Assembly: GCA_964057225.1 (NCBI GenBank)
Contig: OZ059898.1
Span: 5,146,001 to 5,210,000, forward strand
Length of the DNA: 64,000 bases
Source of the DNA: Auanema rhodensis
Taxonomy: Eukaryota > Animalia > Nematoda
Direction of reading: 5' to 3'
A program made the position numbers and the translations under genes. This document shows, piece after piece, positions 1 through 12,245 of this stretch (positions are counted from its first letter, which is position 1; each line of letters opens with the position of its first letter). The notes beneath the pieces were generated by a model. That model did no database searches and was not told where the DNA came from. It saw only the letters and a list, made by a program, of their open reading frames with translations.

Positions 1-1680
1 ACATTATGAAAAAATGTGAGCAAGAACTATTTTACATGAAGCTAGGGATTTTCTGCATTTCGATCTATATGCAACTAGATAACCAGAAACAGAATGACCC
101 CGTTTCAAATGTAGAAATGTTATTTTTTAGTTTTTATAAAGTTTATGCTAATTTTAAATTAAATTTAAATGATATTACACTTCTTTCGAAAACTCCTATT
201 AATTAAATAATTGAATTACAATGCAAAAATTTTGGTCTAACATTACCAATTATTGCAAATTTGATGTTAGCTATTCCATAAACTCTTTCAAATAAGTAGT
301 CATGTGGTCAAACTCTAAGGTATATTTTATTCCACTATGGTCTCAAGCTTTATACTCAGACAAATGGCCTAAGAATGTGTCCATTCAATGACCGCCTTTG
401 GGATCCACATAATTGAACTGTAATGAGCAGTTAGTTGTAGCAGCTGAGCTATCATATTTCAACATGTTCTTCCTTGTATTGATGAGCACATTATGAACAA
501 AACGTTCCCGAAAATTAAATAGTCAAGAGACTGGGGATCAAAGTGTCTATTAGTACACAAAAGTTGAAAGTATCAAAAAATATATCAGTTATTGTTTATG
601 CATATACTATAAGGTCAAGAGGCCAAATGAAAAAGCGAACTTTAAGTCACGCTGCTAAAAAAAGTAATTAAATCTTGCCCGAAAGCAACTATCGTTAATT
701 CGCATAGATAATAAATTTCACATTTCTCTATACAGCATTGTACAAAAACAATGAAGGAAGTTTTTTTCAAAAGAGCCGATCTAATGAAACATCGTTTCAA
801 TTTCGAAAAAAAATTAACAGGTTCCAGATTCATTCAATAAATTTTATATTATAAAGAATCTTGCAGGGTAATTGTTCAAAATATTCTCACAATTAACAGC
901 AAATCAATCAGGCTAGTAATATCTTCATTAACTCAGGATAACGACAATTTATGGACTTTATCATTAAGTCACGAAACCATTAATTGAGACGATTATTTGT
1001 CTTATCGTTGTTCAGAAGCGTTAAGGACAATATAAGAACTGAATAGAAGTCGTAAAAAGCAAATACTTTGTTCTTCATGGATATTGCTTACAACTAAATG
1101 TTTCATCCAATGAATTCAGTGACAGTCACTTTTCAATTACACATCACGTTACACACTCGCAGTGAAAACAATGAAATTATTGCGCACACGTTTGGTTCGT
1201 GCCTAACCTCATAAACCTTGGCTTCTAGCACCTGGCTTAGGGTAATCAGTCATCAGCATATCATTGTAATGTCCGAACTCACTCGTAAATGTGTTAGACA
1301 TTGCCTCTACATCTTTCTATATTAAACACTACTAGAGAATTACAACATTCTCTAAGACATCGAACAAGGGTGCATCATCACCTGTCACATTATAAGAACT
1401 TCTAACAAAATATGATTTTTAAATAGTATAGGGATACACGGGAAAAAAATAATGAAAACTATAAGCGAGAAAAAATTACTTACTTCGTAATAGCTCAAAA
1501 GAAAGTTCAACGCCCAAAAATAATTGTCTCTAAATATGGGATATACAATGTTAAACTATTTCTACTACTAGAATATAACATACAAGGTATTTCAACCAAA
1601 ATGTGATCAATTAATTAAAATCATATGCTTTATAGCTTTATACACAATTTTCAAATAATGGGCTGATCACAAAATTTTTA

Positions 1681-2835
1681 TTACCACAATCCCAACTTTG
1701 CTTTTTGCTTTTGTTTCTTTGCCACAACTTCGAACTGCCTATCCTTCCATGAAGATTTTCTCAATTTGATAGGTCGGTTTCCAACATATTTACCGTCCAT
1801 TTCACGCATGGCTCGAGCATAATCCTGAAATAAATAAAAATAATATATTTAAAAACTTTTGCACATACATCAGCATCTTTGAAAGAAACAAAGCCATATC
1901 CTTTACTTTTATTAGTTCGTGAGTCCCGAACAACCTAAAAAATCATTTAAATCTTTTTATCTAATAAATAACCCACCTTTGCACGTTGAAAACTCGGGTA
2001 TTTTCTGAATGCTTTAGCTAATAATTCATCAGAGACTTCATTGCCTAAATCTCCGCAGAAAATTCGGAAATCAGCAGGATCCCATTCAGCAAGTGATAAA
2101 TCCTCCCACACCTATAAATAATAAGTGGTATTTCTAAGAATTGACTAAGAATACCTGGCCACCTCCACAACGGAGAAAAGCCTTTTTATTTTTATTTTTT
2201 TCATTTTTTTGTTGGTTGAGTTTTCGAATATCAGCGGATTTTTTTTGTTCCATGGCAATAATATCTTGCGGTAGAGCCTGAAAATCAACCCATTATTATA
2301 CACAACTGTGAATTCAAAAAACTTACAAAAGTTTGAGTAATAACAGGCTCCCTCTCACCCCCTTCATCTTTATAAAGTGTTGGACCAGCTTCTAAAACTG
2401 CGGATATTTTGGGAGCTTGAGTTATGGTTGGAGCTATTCTAATCTGAAAAAAAATATAAAACTCGACAGTTACTCAATAAATACCTGGTGAGGTACAAAC
2501 ATTCCTGGAATCGCTCCTGGTTGTACGGGCATGGGAGGAATGAAAGGCTGAGAAATTATACCTCCCATTTTAGCACCTAAAAATTAAAGTATAAGTACAG
2601 AATAAAGCATAAACTTTATACCTGCTCCTAGCACAGGCGGATGCTGAAAAGCAGCTGGCAAAGGTTTTCCACTACCTGATGGAATTGCTTTTGAATCAGG
2701 TTCTTCTTTTACATTTTTAGTTGAAGGAGGTTCAGTAACTATAGAGTTTATTTCGCTTTCGAAGCTAAAATAAGATTATAAACTTTGATTTTATAAAGAA
2801 ACAAACAGTGCCAGCTCATCATCCAAGCTTCCCAT
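1681..2835 (-). CDS. RBM42: RNA-binding protein 42 (RRM, spliceosomal tri-snRNP associated), multi-exon
   Basis: Spliced translation starts MGSLDDELALFESEINS and has a Pro-rich N-terminus. It continues RCGGGQVWEDLSLAEWDPADFRIFCGDLGNEVSDELLAKAFRKYPSFQRAKVVRDSRTNKSKGYGFVSFKD and ends DYARAMREMDGKYVGNRPIKLRKSSWKDRQFEVVAKKQKQKAKLGLW*. This is the characteristic RBM42 C-terminal RRM. Introns are short GT-AG. Confidence 0.95.
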
Positions 2836-3251
2836 TTTTCCGTTGAGATCGATGTGTGTGGCTATACCTGACTTTAAATACTGAGGAAAGAAGAAAGAAA
2901 AGAACAAAAATATATCGTAACTACATAAAATTCCAATACTTAAACATATATACAATTTTAAAAGTTTTTAAATACAACAAAAAAACATTCTAAAAATAAT
3001 TTACAAAATGCTTAGAATAAATAATTAGTAATCAATTATTTAAATTATGTTAAATTTGATTAAAAAAATATATATTATATTCTTCAATAAACGAAAAAAT
3101 TCAAACTAAAACATAAAAAATGGTCCTATGTGGAAACTTGTAGTCCTTTAAATCCATTTACCGCATGTTTCGAAATTTCAAACCATTATTAAAATAATAG
3201 TAATTTTTTTATAATTTTTATGCTTTTGATTTTGATTTATAATCTACTTCA
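2836..3251. promoter_or_regulatory. Short bidirectional promoter region between head-to-head RBM42 and C2H2 zinc-finger genes
   Basis: 416 nt separate the divergent ATGs. A pyrimidine-rich acceptor (TTCTTTCCTCAG on the minus strand, about 2881-2906) lies upstream of the RBM42 ATG and is a likely trans-splice site. Confidence 0.6.
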
Positions 3252-5543
3252 ATGAACTATAATTCCATTACAATTGATCGAAACGAAGGTAAGTGCGTCT
3301 AGTAGACAGCAAATAATTTTCTAAAAACACGTAACGAACATTTTTGTAGCAGCGTCATGCGATGTTAGAAATACTTCTGGCGAATATTTTTATGCGTCAA
3401 CAAATCAGGATCCTGGCTCAGCTTCAGTAATCATAATACCAAAAAAAAATTAAATATCATTTTCCCTAGATGGTTGCATCATATACTGTACAGGATGATG
3501 ACGCTGGGGAAGAGCTCTCTGAGCTTGAAATGTTAAGGTTGCAAGCAACTAGAGCTAGGCAAGAAAGAAATTTGGAAAAAATTATAGAGCGAGAACAAAA
3601 TGTATAAATAATTTTTTAAAAGAATCGTTTAGTTTAATATTTAGGTTACTAAGAAACTTGATGGTGTTGGAGCTTTTGTGAACCAATTACGAGGAATTAG
3701 CGATCCATCGGAACAAAAAAATAGAATAGTTTTGGATAAGCATGGCTACGTTGTTCGAAATAGAAGGCCATTGTTGCATAACATTGGTATTTTATTATTT
3801 GTTACTCTCTCCACTAACACTAAGCTTAAGGTGGAGCTGTTGTACTCACTAATCATTCAAATCAAACTATCATTGATGATTTGCCTCCACTTCCTCCAAG
3901 ACCATCCAATCCCGCCGAACTTCGCAAATTAGTTCGAAGTAAAATGATCAGATGCAAAGTAAACTATTGTTTCAAGAATCTAAACTTTATTGTCCTCAAT
4001 TTCAGGTTTGTCATAACCGTTTTGGGGAGACACACATTCTTGAGAGGCATTTACGCGACAAACATCCTGTTGAGTACTTGGAATTTTTATACGAACAAGA
4101 GTTATTTGTGGAAAAACAGCGTGAAGAAGAAGCAGAACAAAATAGAATTGAGGAATTAACTTCTGGTGGTTTTATCCCTCCTCAGTCAGAGATTGATGCT
4201 CCTTGCTACGATGTTCGCACCGAAAAGTAAAATACACACAGTAGATATTTTTGATTGTTTCATTCAGCATCCCTTTGCCTGGTGAATTAACCGGAGGTGT
4301 TCCGGCTAAAGTAGATTCATTTGGAAGGCTTAAACTTCCTAGACGTGTATATAAAAAAAAGGTATGAGTTGTTTTGTGGAAAAACTATAATATTAATTTT
4401 TTAGGTTTCCCCTCAATGTGTATTCTGTGATAAAAGATTTAGAAATGACGTATCTCTCAAAAAACATATAATTAAAAAACACCCCGAATGTACAGAGTTT
4501 GTGCAGTGTCTTGATTGCTTTAAATGTTTACCACGAAAAGAAGATTTGTCTGATCATGCATGTGATATGGTACGCTGAAGATATAATGTCTTAGAATTTT
4601 TTTATATTTTAGACTTATTTGTGTATTGAATGTACACCAATCAGGAATTTATGTTGCGAAGAGCGTTTAGTAAATCATCGGATGAAGTTCCATCGCGGTG
4701 CAAGCAGTGGATTTAAGTGCCATGAATGCAATATAAAATTTTTAACTCCCCGTAAGCTAAGGTTAGTGAAACTAAATTTATAGGCAATGCTTTAATTTCT
4801 TCTAGGAAACATAAAAAAATGGCTCATGTCTTTGTCAAAACATACCCTTGTCATTTTTGTGAAGAACATTTTACTTCTGAGGTTTCTGTATGTTTTATTA
4901 TTTTATGTGTGTGTTTTGAGGTTTCTTATAGGTAACTACTCATGAAAGAATGCATACCGGAATAATCAAATTTGAATGCAAAATATGCGACTATAAGTCG
5001 AACAGATATTCTGAAATGGAAGAACATATGAAGGTTAATAAGTTTCTGACATTAATTGTCATGAATGTATTATTAAAGGAGGAACATGGTTATCTTTGTT
5101 CAATTTGTCAAGAAAAGTTTGCGGATTGGGCCGATATTAAGAATCATACTCTTATTCAACATGGTGGTTACCTGTCAAGTGAATCAAATGCTGGTAATGT
5201 TGGCTTAGGTTTTATAATTTCTATCAACATAGTTACGAATCAGACTCTAGGTCTGATTGATAAATTATTAAGTAAAGTTTCAGCAGGTATGATGATTAGA
5301 CTGAGACATGAAGCTAATGGTGACAGGTATCCCGATTATTTCGGGAACTGCCCGATTTTTGTTTCAATAAACAATGTTCTGAATATTTTGTTAATTAATA
5401 GTATTGGTTTCGTATCCGTTCTTTCCTGTAGATTCCCATTAATATTCTTCAATATTCAATATTCTTAATTATTATTATCATTCAAGCGTATTATAGGTTA
5501 CATCGAGTCGCCTCGTGTTTGGGTCATGATGAAGGGAGAATAA
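3252..5543 (+). CDS. Multi-C2H2 zinc-finger transcription factor (nematode ZTF-type), multi-exon
   Basis: The spliced frame runs from MNYNSITIDRNE to ...GYIESPRVWVMMKGE*. Fingers include CKVCHNRFGETHILERHLRDKH, CVFCDKRFRNDVSLKKHIIKKH, CHECNIKFLTPRKLRKHKKMAH, CHFCEEHFTSEVSVTTHERMHTG, CKICDYKSNRYSEMEEHMKEEH and CSICQEKFADWADIKNHTLIQH. Confidence 0.92.
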
Positions 5544-5865
5544 CTCGCAAGGACTTCTTCTGTGTGGTTGTTGTTTTGCATAATAACTTTTTTAAATCCG
5601 ATAGAATGTAGTAAGTTTGTTAGTTGTAACCTTTATTAGCATGTAGCCATTCTCAATACTGTTGATTTTCACTTCAATTTTATCTCAATTTAAGGCTATA
5701 TTTTGTATGCTTTACTTCGCCTTCTAATCTTGTGACCTCTGCCCCATTACTATGTACCCAAAACAGATGTTGCTTGATATTGTAAATTCGTTTTTGTTGA
5801 TTTATAGATGAATCGTTTTCGTATAAATAAGAACAGGTACATACATTTTTTTATTTCTGGTAAAA

Positions 5866-8320
5866 TCAATCATGAATAGAAAGAACACTTATATCTAAAG
5901 TTTGGACAACGCTTTCTACTTCTTTGGATTTCCAAGCTTCCGAGAGTTTTTTCATAATCTAAAAATCCGTATCTTATATATTAACATGACCCTACTATGA
6001 CCTCTTTATGGTTTGTACCCGTAGTGCGATACTTGCCATAGTTATCTTTAACAAATTGAGCAAACTTTGTAGGTTCTCGTTTCTTTTCACTTTTATCACC
6101 GAGTAACTCAAATCGTCCTCTACACCGTCCGCATATTTTCTTCTGTATATCAAGAGAACGGGAATGTCTCTTCACCCTATCGAAAAGAAAATCAAAAAAA
6201 CAAGGATGCACGTACAAACCTCTGACCACATCCATTACAAACATAAACGTATTTAGCTTCAATATCGTAAGAATGACATCGTTCTATATTAGGAAGTGAA
6301 GGACATTTTCGCAGACATTTTATAGCCCTGAAAATCGATTACTGTTTTGTTTTGATCATCTCTAACCATTTCCTCCAGACTGGCCCATGGCCTGCTTTGT
6401 AAACACCATCCATGAGCCATGTAGCTGAATGGCAAAGCTCATGAATTAATGTATCACGTAGTCTCTCTAAAAGTTGAAAAGTTTTGTTACATAATGAAAA
6501 GCCTAACCTGGAGTTGTACAAACTTTTGTTGATAGTTCTATAACAGATGTTTTTCTACTCAAACTATTTCTACACAATCCCGCCGTTTTCCGTAGTCGGG
6601 CATTCCATGATATATTAGAATAATTCATTGGTAACTACAAAGCAAATTCAGAAGCACGTTCGAAGAAAAAGTTCTAAATCACAAACCTCATCGTCAAAGC
6701 ATCTTTTTTTGTATAATTCAAACAATTTTTCTGTTAGTTCATTGCGTAACTTGGCAGTTTTTATTCCTTTTTGAATATATTTTACAGCGTCTGGATGTCG
6801 TTTCCCATCAAATTCAACAGAAAGAGAATTCAAAAAATGGTCATCCTTGTTAATCTATGACAATATATTACAATCGTTGACAATAAAACCTCATTACCGG
6901 TTTTTCCTTCATAGAAGGCGTATTAAACTGTTGGGAGAAAATATGAGCTAAAAATATTTTTTAGCGTGCTTTAAGCTTATGGATACCTTTGCTGGACGGA
7001 GCTTTCTTGGCTGATATATCAGACGCAGAGCTACTATCATCACTATATTCTTCCTCATCGTCAATAAAGCCACTTTTGTCTGATTCAACACTACTTGCAT
7101 AACTCTCGTCATCATCGCTAACTATAAAGCTAAAAAAATTTCTATAAAGCAAAAAAAATATTTTAATACCCTTTGTCTCTCTCTTCAGGTTCTTGTTCAG
7201 ATTCGGAATCTTCTTGGGGTTGAGATGGCTTCTTAAGGCTTTGCAAATCTGTGAAGAAGAAATTATGAACCTTTTCCTTGATATAAAGAAAACATACATT
7301 TCTCAAATGCGTCATCGTCATCACTACTTTCATTTAAACGTTTGTCTATACTACGATTATTTTTCCTATAATTTTCAGGGGAACTTTCAATAGTTACAGG
7401 TGTGGGAGACTTCTGAAATGAAACTAAAAAAAGAAACAATTTTATAATAATTAAGTCAAATACGCGAGTCGGATGTTAGATCTATCACTTCAGGCTCTTC
7501 TGTTTTCGTTTTGTTATCTACATATTCTATATGTAATTGAAATGATTCATTCGAAGTTTTGTTCAAATCATTCTGGTTAGTACTACTACTTTGGCTCTGA
7601 AAGAATATCAAAGTAAAAAAAACCTAACTGAAAAGACTCTACATTATTTAATTCAGGATAAAGTTCTAATAAAAGATTACGCTCGGCTTCATCAACATTG
7701 TCCAAAACAGTCGTGTTGAGTTGGGACTTATTGCTAACAGATAAAGTGTTTTCGTTCCTATGACTATCGTTTATTTTTGATGACCAGTTAGACCCTAATT
7801 TCGGATTTTTCTCTCTACGACTAGGTGGAGCATTCAAATCAATCTATAGATATTATATAATTATATCATTAATTGATAAACTAACTTTAGAAAACCGTGC
7901 AGGTTGCGATCTTGGTTGGATTGGTGAAGATATGCTCAACATAGACACATCGTTAGTACTATAATACGAATCTGAATTAAAATTAAATTTTTTATGCTGC
8001 TCATGCGGATAAGTACCCGAATCTGAAACTACAAAAGAATCTTTTATATAGTTCTCCTCATCTTCATGCTCGGTATCATTATCGTCAGTAATCCCATTTT
8101 CTTTTCCAGCAGCAGAATTATTCGATATCATTGATGCATCCTTAAGAATTTAATTAATATTATTAGCTAAAAGATTTGTTACCCTATAAATTGCAAAAGA
8201 AGTTGAAAAAGAACAGTCCTTGGACTCATCTTCAGATAGGAAACTTTGAAAAAAAGCTTCTTGACTATAAAACAAATATGACGCACTATCAATAAAAATT
8301 CTCCTACTTTTTGGATGCAT
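5866..8320 (-). CDS. gcna-1: GCNA/ACRC-like protein: acidic disordered N-terminus, SprT metalloprotease, zinc ribbon, HMG-like tail
   Basis: An acidic Ser/Asp/Glu-rich region (FIVSDDDESYASS, FIDDEEEYSDD) is followed by SprT motifs (WNARLRKTAG; RLRDTLIHELCHSATW = HExxH; HGPVW). These are followed by RHSRSLD..CGRCRG and FAQFVKDNYG...IMKKLSEAWK. The stop is at 5866-5868. The start is uncertain (8320 or 8341). Confidence 0.88.
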
Positions 8321-11300
8321 CTTCAGAAAGCCAAGAATCATTTCTTTCAGCCATGATTTATAACTCAATTTCACAAACTTATAGCTACTTCTTATCAAAT
8401 GTAGCTTTTTATTCAATGTACTATATTGAAAATAAATTATTGCCGCCATTAACATTGGAGCAGATTACGTACCATTATTTTATGAAAGGCAATGTTAGGT
8501 TCTTATGAATATAAGATACATATACTATTCAATACAATTTTTTTTGTTAGAAACTATACTTTAAATATTTGTGTTTACAATGAATATTTTAAAAGTAAAA
8601 ATTGTAATATGAATAATATTATTAAGTGCTAGAGTTAAAGAATTACTTTAACAGATGAACAATTTATAATTTATACGAGTACCACAGTTCTATTTTCAGG
8701 TTTCTTTCGAGCATCTTGTATTTTCTGATTGCTCGAACCGTTGTTTCAAATATGGTCTTATCTGTTTATACTTCTCCATAAAAGAAGAGGACAATTGAGA
8801 TAGGATATGATGGATTGTTAAATGTTTTGACTCATTCAACAATCCTAATAGCCCTCTGAGAATAGCCAATAATATTTAGAGATTTAGTGACAGTTGGTTC
8901 TCATTATGATCAACATTTCATTATTTTATCTACTCCGAAATCACTGTAAATCATCCCCCATATAATTCTATCCGAAATAAAAAGTACGAACATCGTTGAT
9001 TGTATTGTAATATTTCTCACAAATGTCTTTTTTCTCATTCCAAAAATGTTATTGTATATGATTTGATGATTATATATAATTGAGATTTCCGTATTGGTGT
9101 CTAGAGAAGTAAAGTTTACACTTAACTTAAAGTTTCTTCAGATCATTTAAGTCCAGAAGTTGTTGATTTTCAATAGAAGCCTTTGTTGCATTTTTTCTTT
9201 CCCCTTTCTTTTCATTTTTGCGTATGTAGTAGTTGTAGAGATTCATCAATGAATTATAGATAACCGTATCCAGGGTGAGATAGGTAGTTAACTAGTCTAG
9301 TCTTGAAACTCAGTCATTTAATAAAGAACTCTACGAATTATTTATTTGACTCTCATTAGCAACCAAATTAGACTAAAAGACCTTTTCAAACATTTACCTT
9401 TTTTCAAGAACTTGTTCAAATTTATTATACAGACAACTTCCTCAAACTCTTAAACATGTTAGTAGCGTATCCACTTCTTATTCAATAGAAAAAATCAGTT
9501 TTTTTATTTATTTCAATATGCTTTTCTTTTTATAAAGTAGTATGACCTTTATAATTTCGCTGCAATGCTAGAGGAACTTTGATACAAAAAATTCATGTAT
9601 TCCAAAAATGTTTTTTGTTAGTAGTATTGAGTACTAAATAAACATATTTGTTTTTTAAATTTCACTGTATATTAACAAATTAAAAAATTTATTGAAATTG
9701 TTAGAAGGAACTGTAACATATCCTAATCGTTGATCAGCTTAAATTTTGAAAATTAGCTGTATTCTTCATGCTTTAGAACAGAAAAATGTATATACATATG
9801 ATAGATTCCCTGTGCAAGTATATGATACCAAAGTATTTATACTATGCAAATAGGTTCCCTTGCTTATTTACCTTTTGATTCATTATTATACATGAAATGA
9901 ATTAGAAGTTGTGATGACAACTGTTTCTTCACCTTCAATTTAGTTGTAATTTCAAATTCTTAGCAGCATCTAGAAGTGATTGATATAGCTGAGTAGTATT
10001 ATAAGAAATTTTCAATCCTTATAGTTGCTTACTTCTTCTTTCTTTTCTCATTACAGGTCAGCTGTCTCCAATGCACTCTTTATTTCTTTTTCATCTCTCT
10101 TCCTTTCATATGCTATTCTATATACACGCATAATTCTTTCTCTCTGAGGTTGTCGTCTTTAGAAATACTCTTCAAATTGGATATTCTCTCTGATTTTAGA
10201 TGATTTGATGTTTCGCAGAAATTGCTGTAATTCGTGAAAGTTACGCAACTGTTCCAACATAGAAGTTGGATGATCAAACTAAGTGTAATCTACTTGTCTC
10301 TACTTCATCTATTGTTTCAAAATTTTATTTTTATTTGATTCTTTTGGATTATATTCTCTTTCACAGCATAGAAGCTCTGTTATCTCTCAAAAACATTAAT
10401 GTTTGTTAGTTCGACGTAATATCCGAGATCAAAGACGTTAGAGTTAAACTATTCATACTTAACATATAGCAGCATATACAGTTTATTTTTTTGTCATTCA
10501 AAACAAAAATTTGGTTATTCAATGGTCTAACATCTTAATAGATATAATATTCCAAAATATTGAAAATTACCAATTGCCTATATACATAATAGTATACATA
10601 TACGTAAATATGGATATACATATATAGAAGATCTTCTTGAAAAAAGAATTGGCTTTTTTTTTATTTTATCTTTCATTTATTTATTAAAAAGGTAGTTTTT
10701 AATATGAATAAATAGTTTAATAACCAAGAAATAATTATAAATATTTAATTGAAAATCGTCCTCTTCTTTTTCCTTTTTACTTATCGATGGTTATCTTCAT
10801 AGTTAGTTAAACATAAAACTATCATAAAGGCTCCTTTGCTTTATAAAGACAAAGTGAAAAGGTCATATGAACCTGTTAATGTTCTCTTTTTCTTCAACTT
10901 CTCTTTATTTTTATATTATAATTGAAAGCATGAAACAGATTCTAAGTACATTAAGAAATGTGTGTGAAGCTAAGAAATGTCATTTTACAATATTACTCTT
11001 TCTATTTCGTATATTTGTTATTTTACTGACCTAAACTTCCATATGATTAGTCAAGCAAGATTATCATTTAAATCATCAACTGATTATTAATACTATTTAT
11101 TGTATTTCTCACTCGTTATTGAGGCTTATTTGTGACTTATTGCACGAATTTTATTACAAATTCTTACTCACTTATCCTTTTTTTATAAAAAAAATACTTC
11201 CGCTTTCTTATTTAGAATATTGACTTGCATGCGAAACAAAGACGGAAAAAAACAAAACGAAACATACGTATAATAATAATAATATATTATTATTATTATT

Positions 11301-11621
11301 TTAGATCTCTGTGTTAAAAAAAAGTTTTTTTTTCTTTATTTTCGATTTATATGAAATAGTTGATACGTATTATATCAATGAGTTAACTATTTAATTTGTA
11401 TAGTTGATAAAAAACCGATGAATCTTTAACAATTACTGTGAAAAAATGGAACAAAGGAATGATGTAGACAAACGCAATGGATATATAAGATAATATTATA
11501 CACATAAGAATAGAGAGAGAGGGAGAAAATGAGAGATAATTTGAGAGAAAAAGAAAAAGAGGTAAATTAAAATGAAAATGTGGTTGCGTACTGTGCGACA
11601 AAAACAGGAGAAGAAGAAGTT

Positions 11622-11633
11622 AGAGAGAAAGAA

Positions 11634-11665
<32 letters not shown>
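11622..11665. repeat. (GA)n microsatellite, interrupted
   Basis: agagagaaagaaagagagagagagagaaagagagagagagagag. Confidence 0.9.
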
Positions 11666-12225
11666 CAGATTTCTTCTTGTTTCATTTCAGAGGATATGAG
11701 AAGAAGAGATAGATATTTAGATTATAGATAATATTAAATCGAAAATATACACCTAATACAGGCAAATATAAGAATATTTGAGAGGAAATAAACGAGATTT
11801 ACATAGACCCATATAAGGAAAGTCTTCATCTTCTCATTCTTAATTGCTGATAGATAGATATATATAAGATATAATAAGGGCATTGAGTACCGGTTAGAAA
11901 GAAGAAAGGGATCTGTGACAAGCTATGTTGAAAAATCGTCACAAGCCTTTAGATTTTCATATTGGAAGACTGGTTGTTATCTTGAATTTTAAGATATTTT
12001 ATGTATTTCGATGTGTTAGCATAACAATTTCTAAGCTTTCCATATTCGAATAATCCATCTCTTCGCTATGATAATTCTTGTAGTAAACTCTTAACAGCTG
12101 CATATTTTGAATATTTTGAAGATATTCTTATATATTTCGCATTTGTATTCCTTTTAATTACTATAACTTCAATGACATTAAGTTTCCAGTTTCTTTTTAT
12201 AGTCATTCCTTGCCTTTCTCGAAAG

Positions 12226-12245
12226 CTCACGTGAGATGCCACGTG
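12226..12245. promoter_or_regulatory. Paired CACGTG E-boxes
   Basis: CTCACGTGAG (10-bp palindrome) followed by a second CACGTG at 12240-12245. Function is inferred only. Confidence 0.4.

Noticed and set aside
1-1600. Possible gene or ncRNA downstream of RBM42
   Set aside because: I could not build a spliced ORF or recognise an RNA family, so I left it unannotated.
1234-5209. GGCTTAGG telomere-like 8-mers at about 1234 and 5202 as a possible telomerase RNA template or telomere-addition site
   Set aside because: They are only 8 nt and plausible by chance. The intronic copy is in the wrong orientation to be a template in the host transcript, and I saw no supporting pseudoknot or H/ACA structure.
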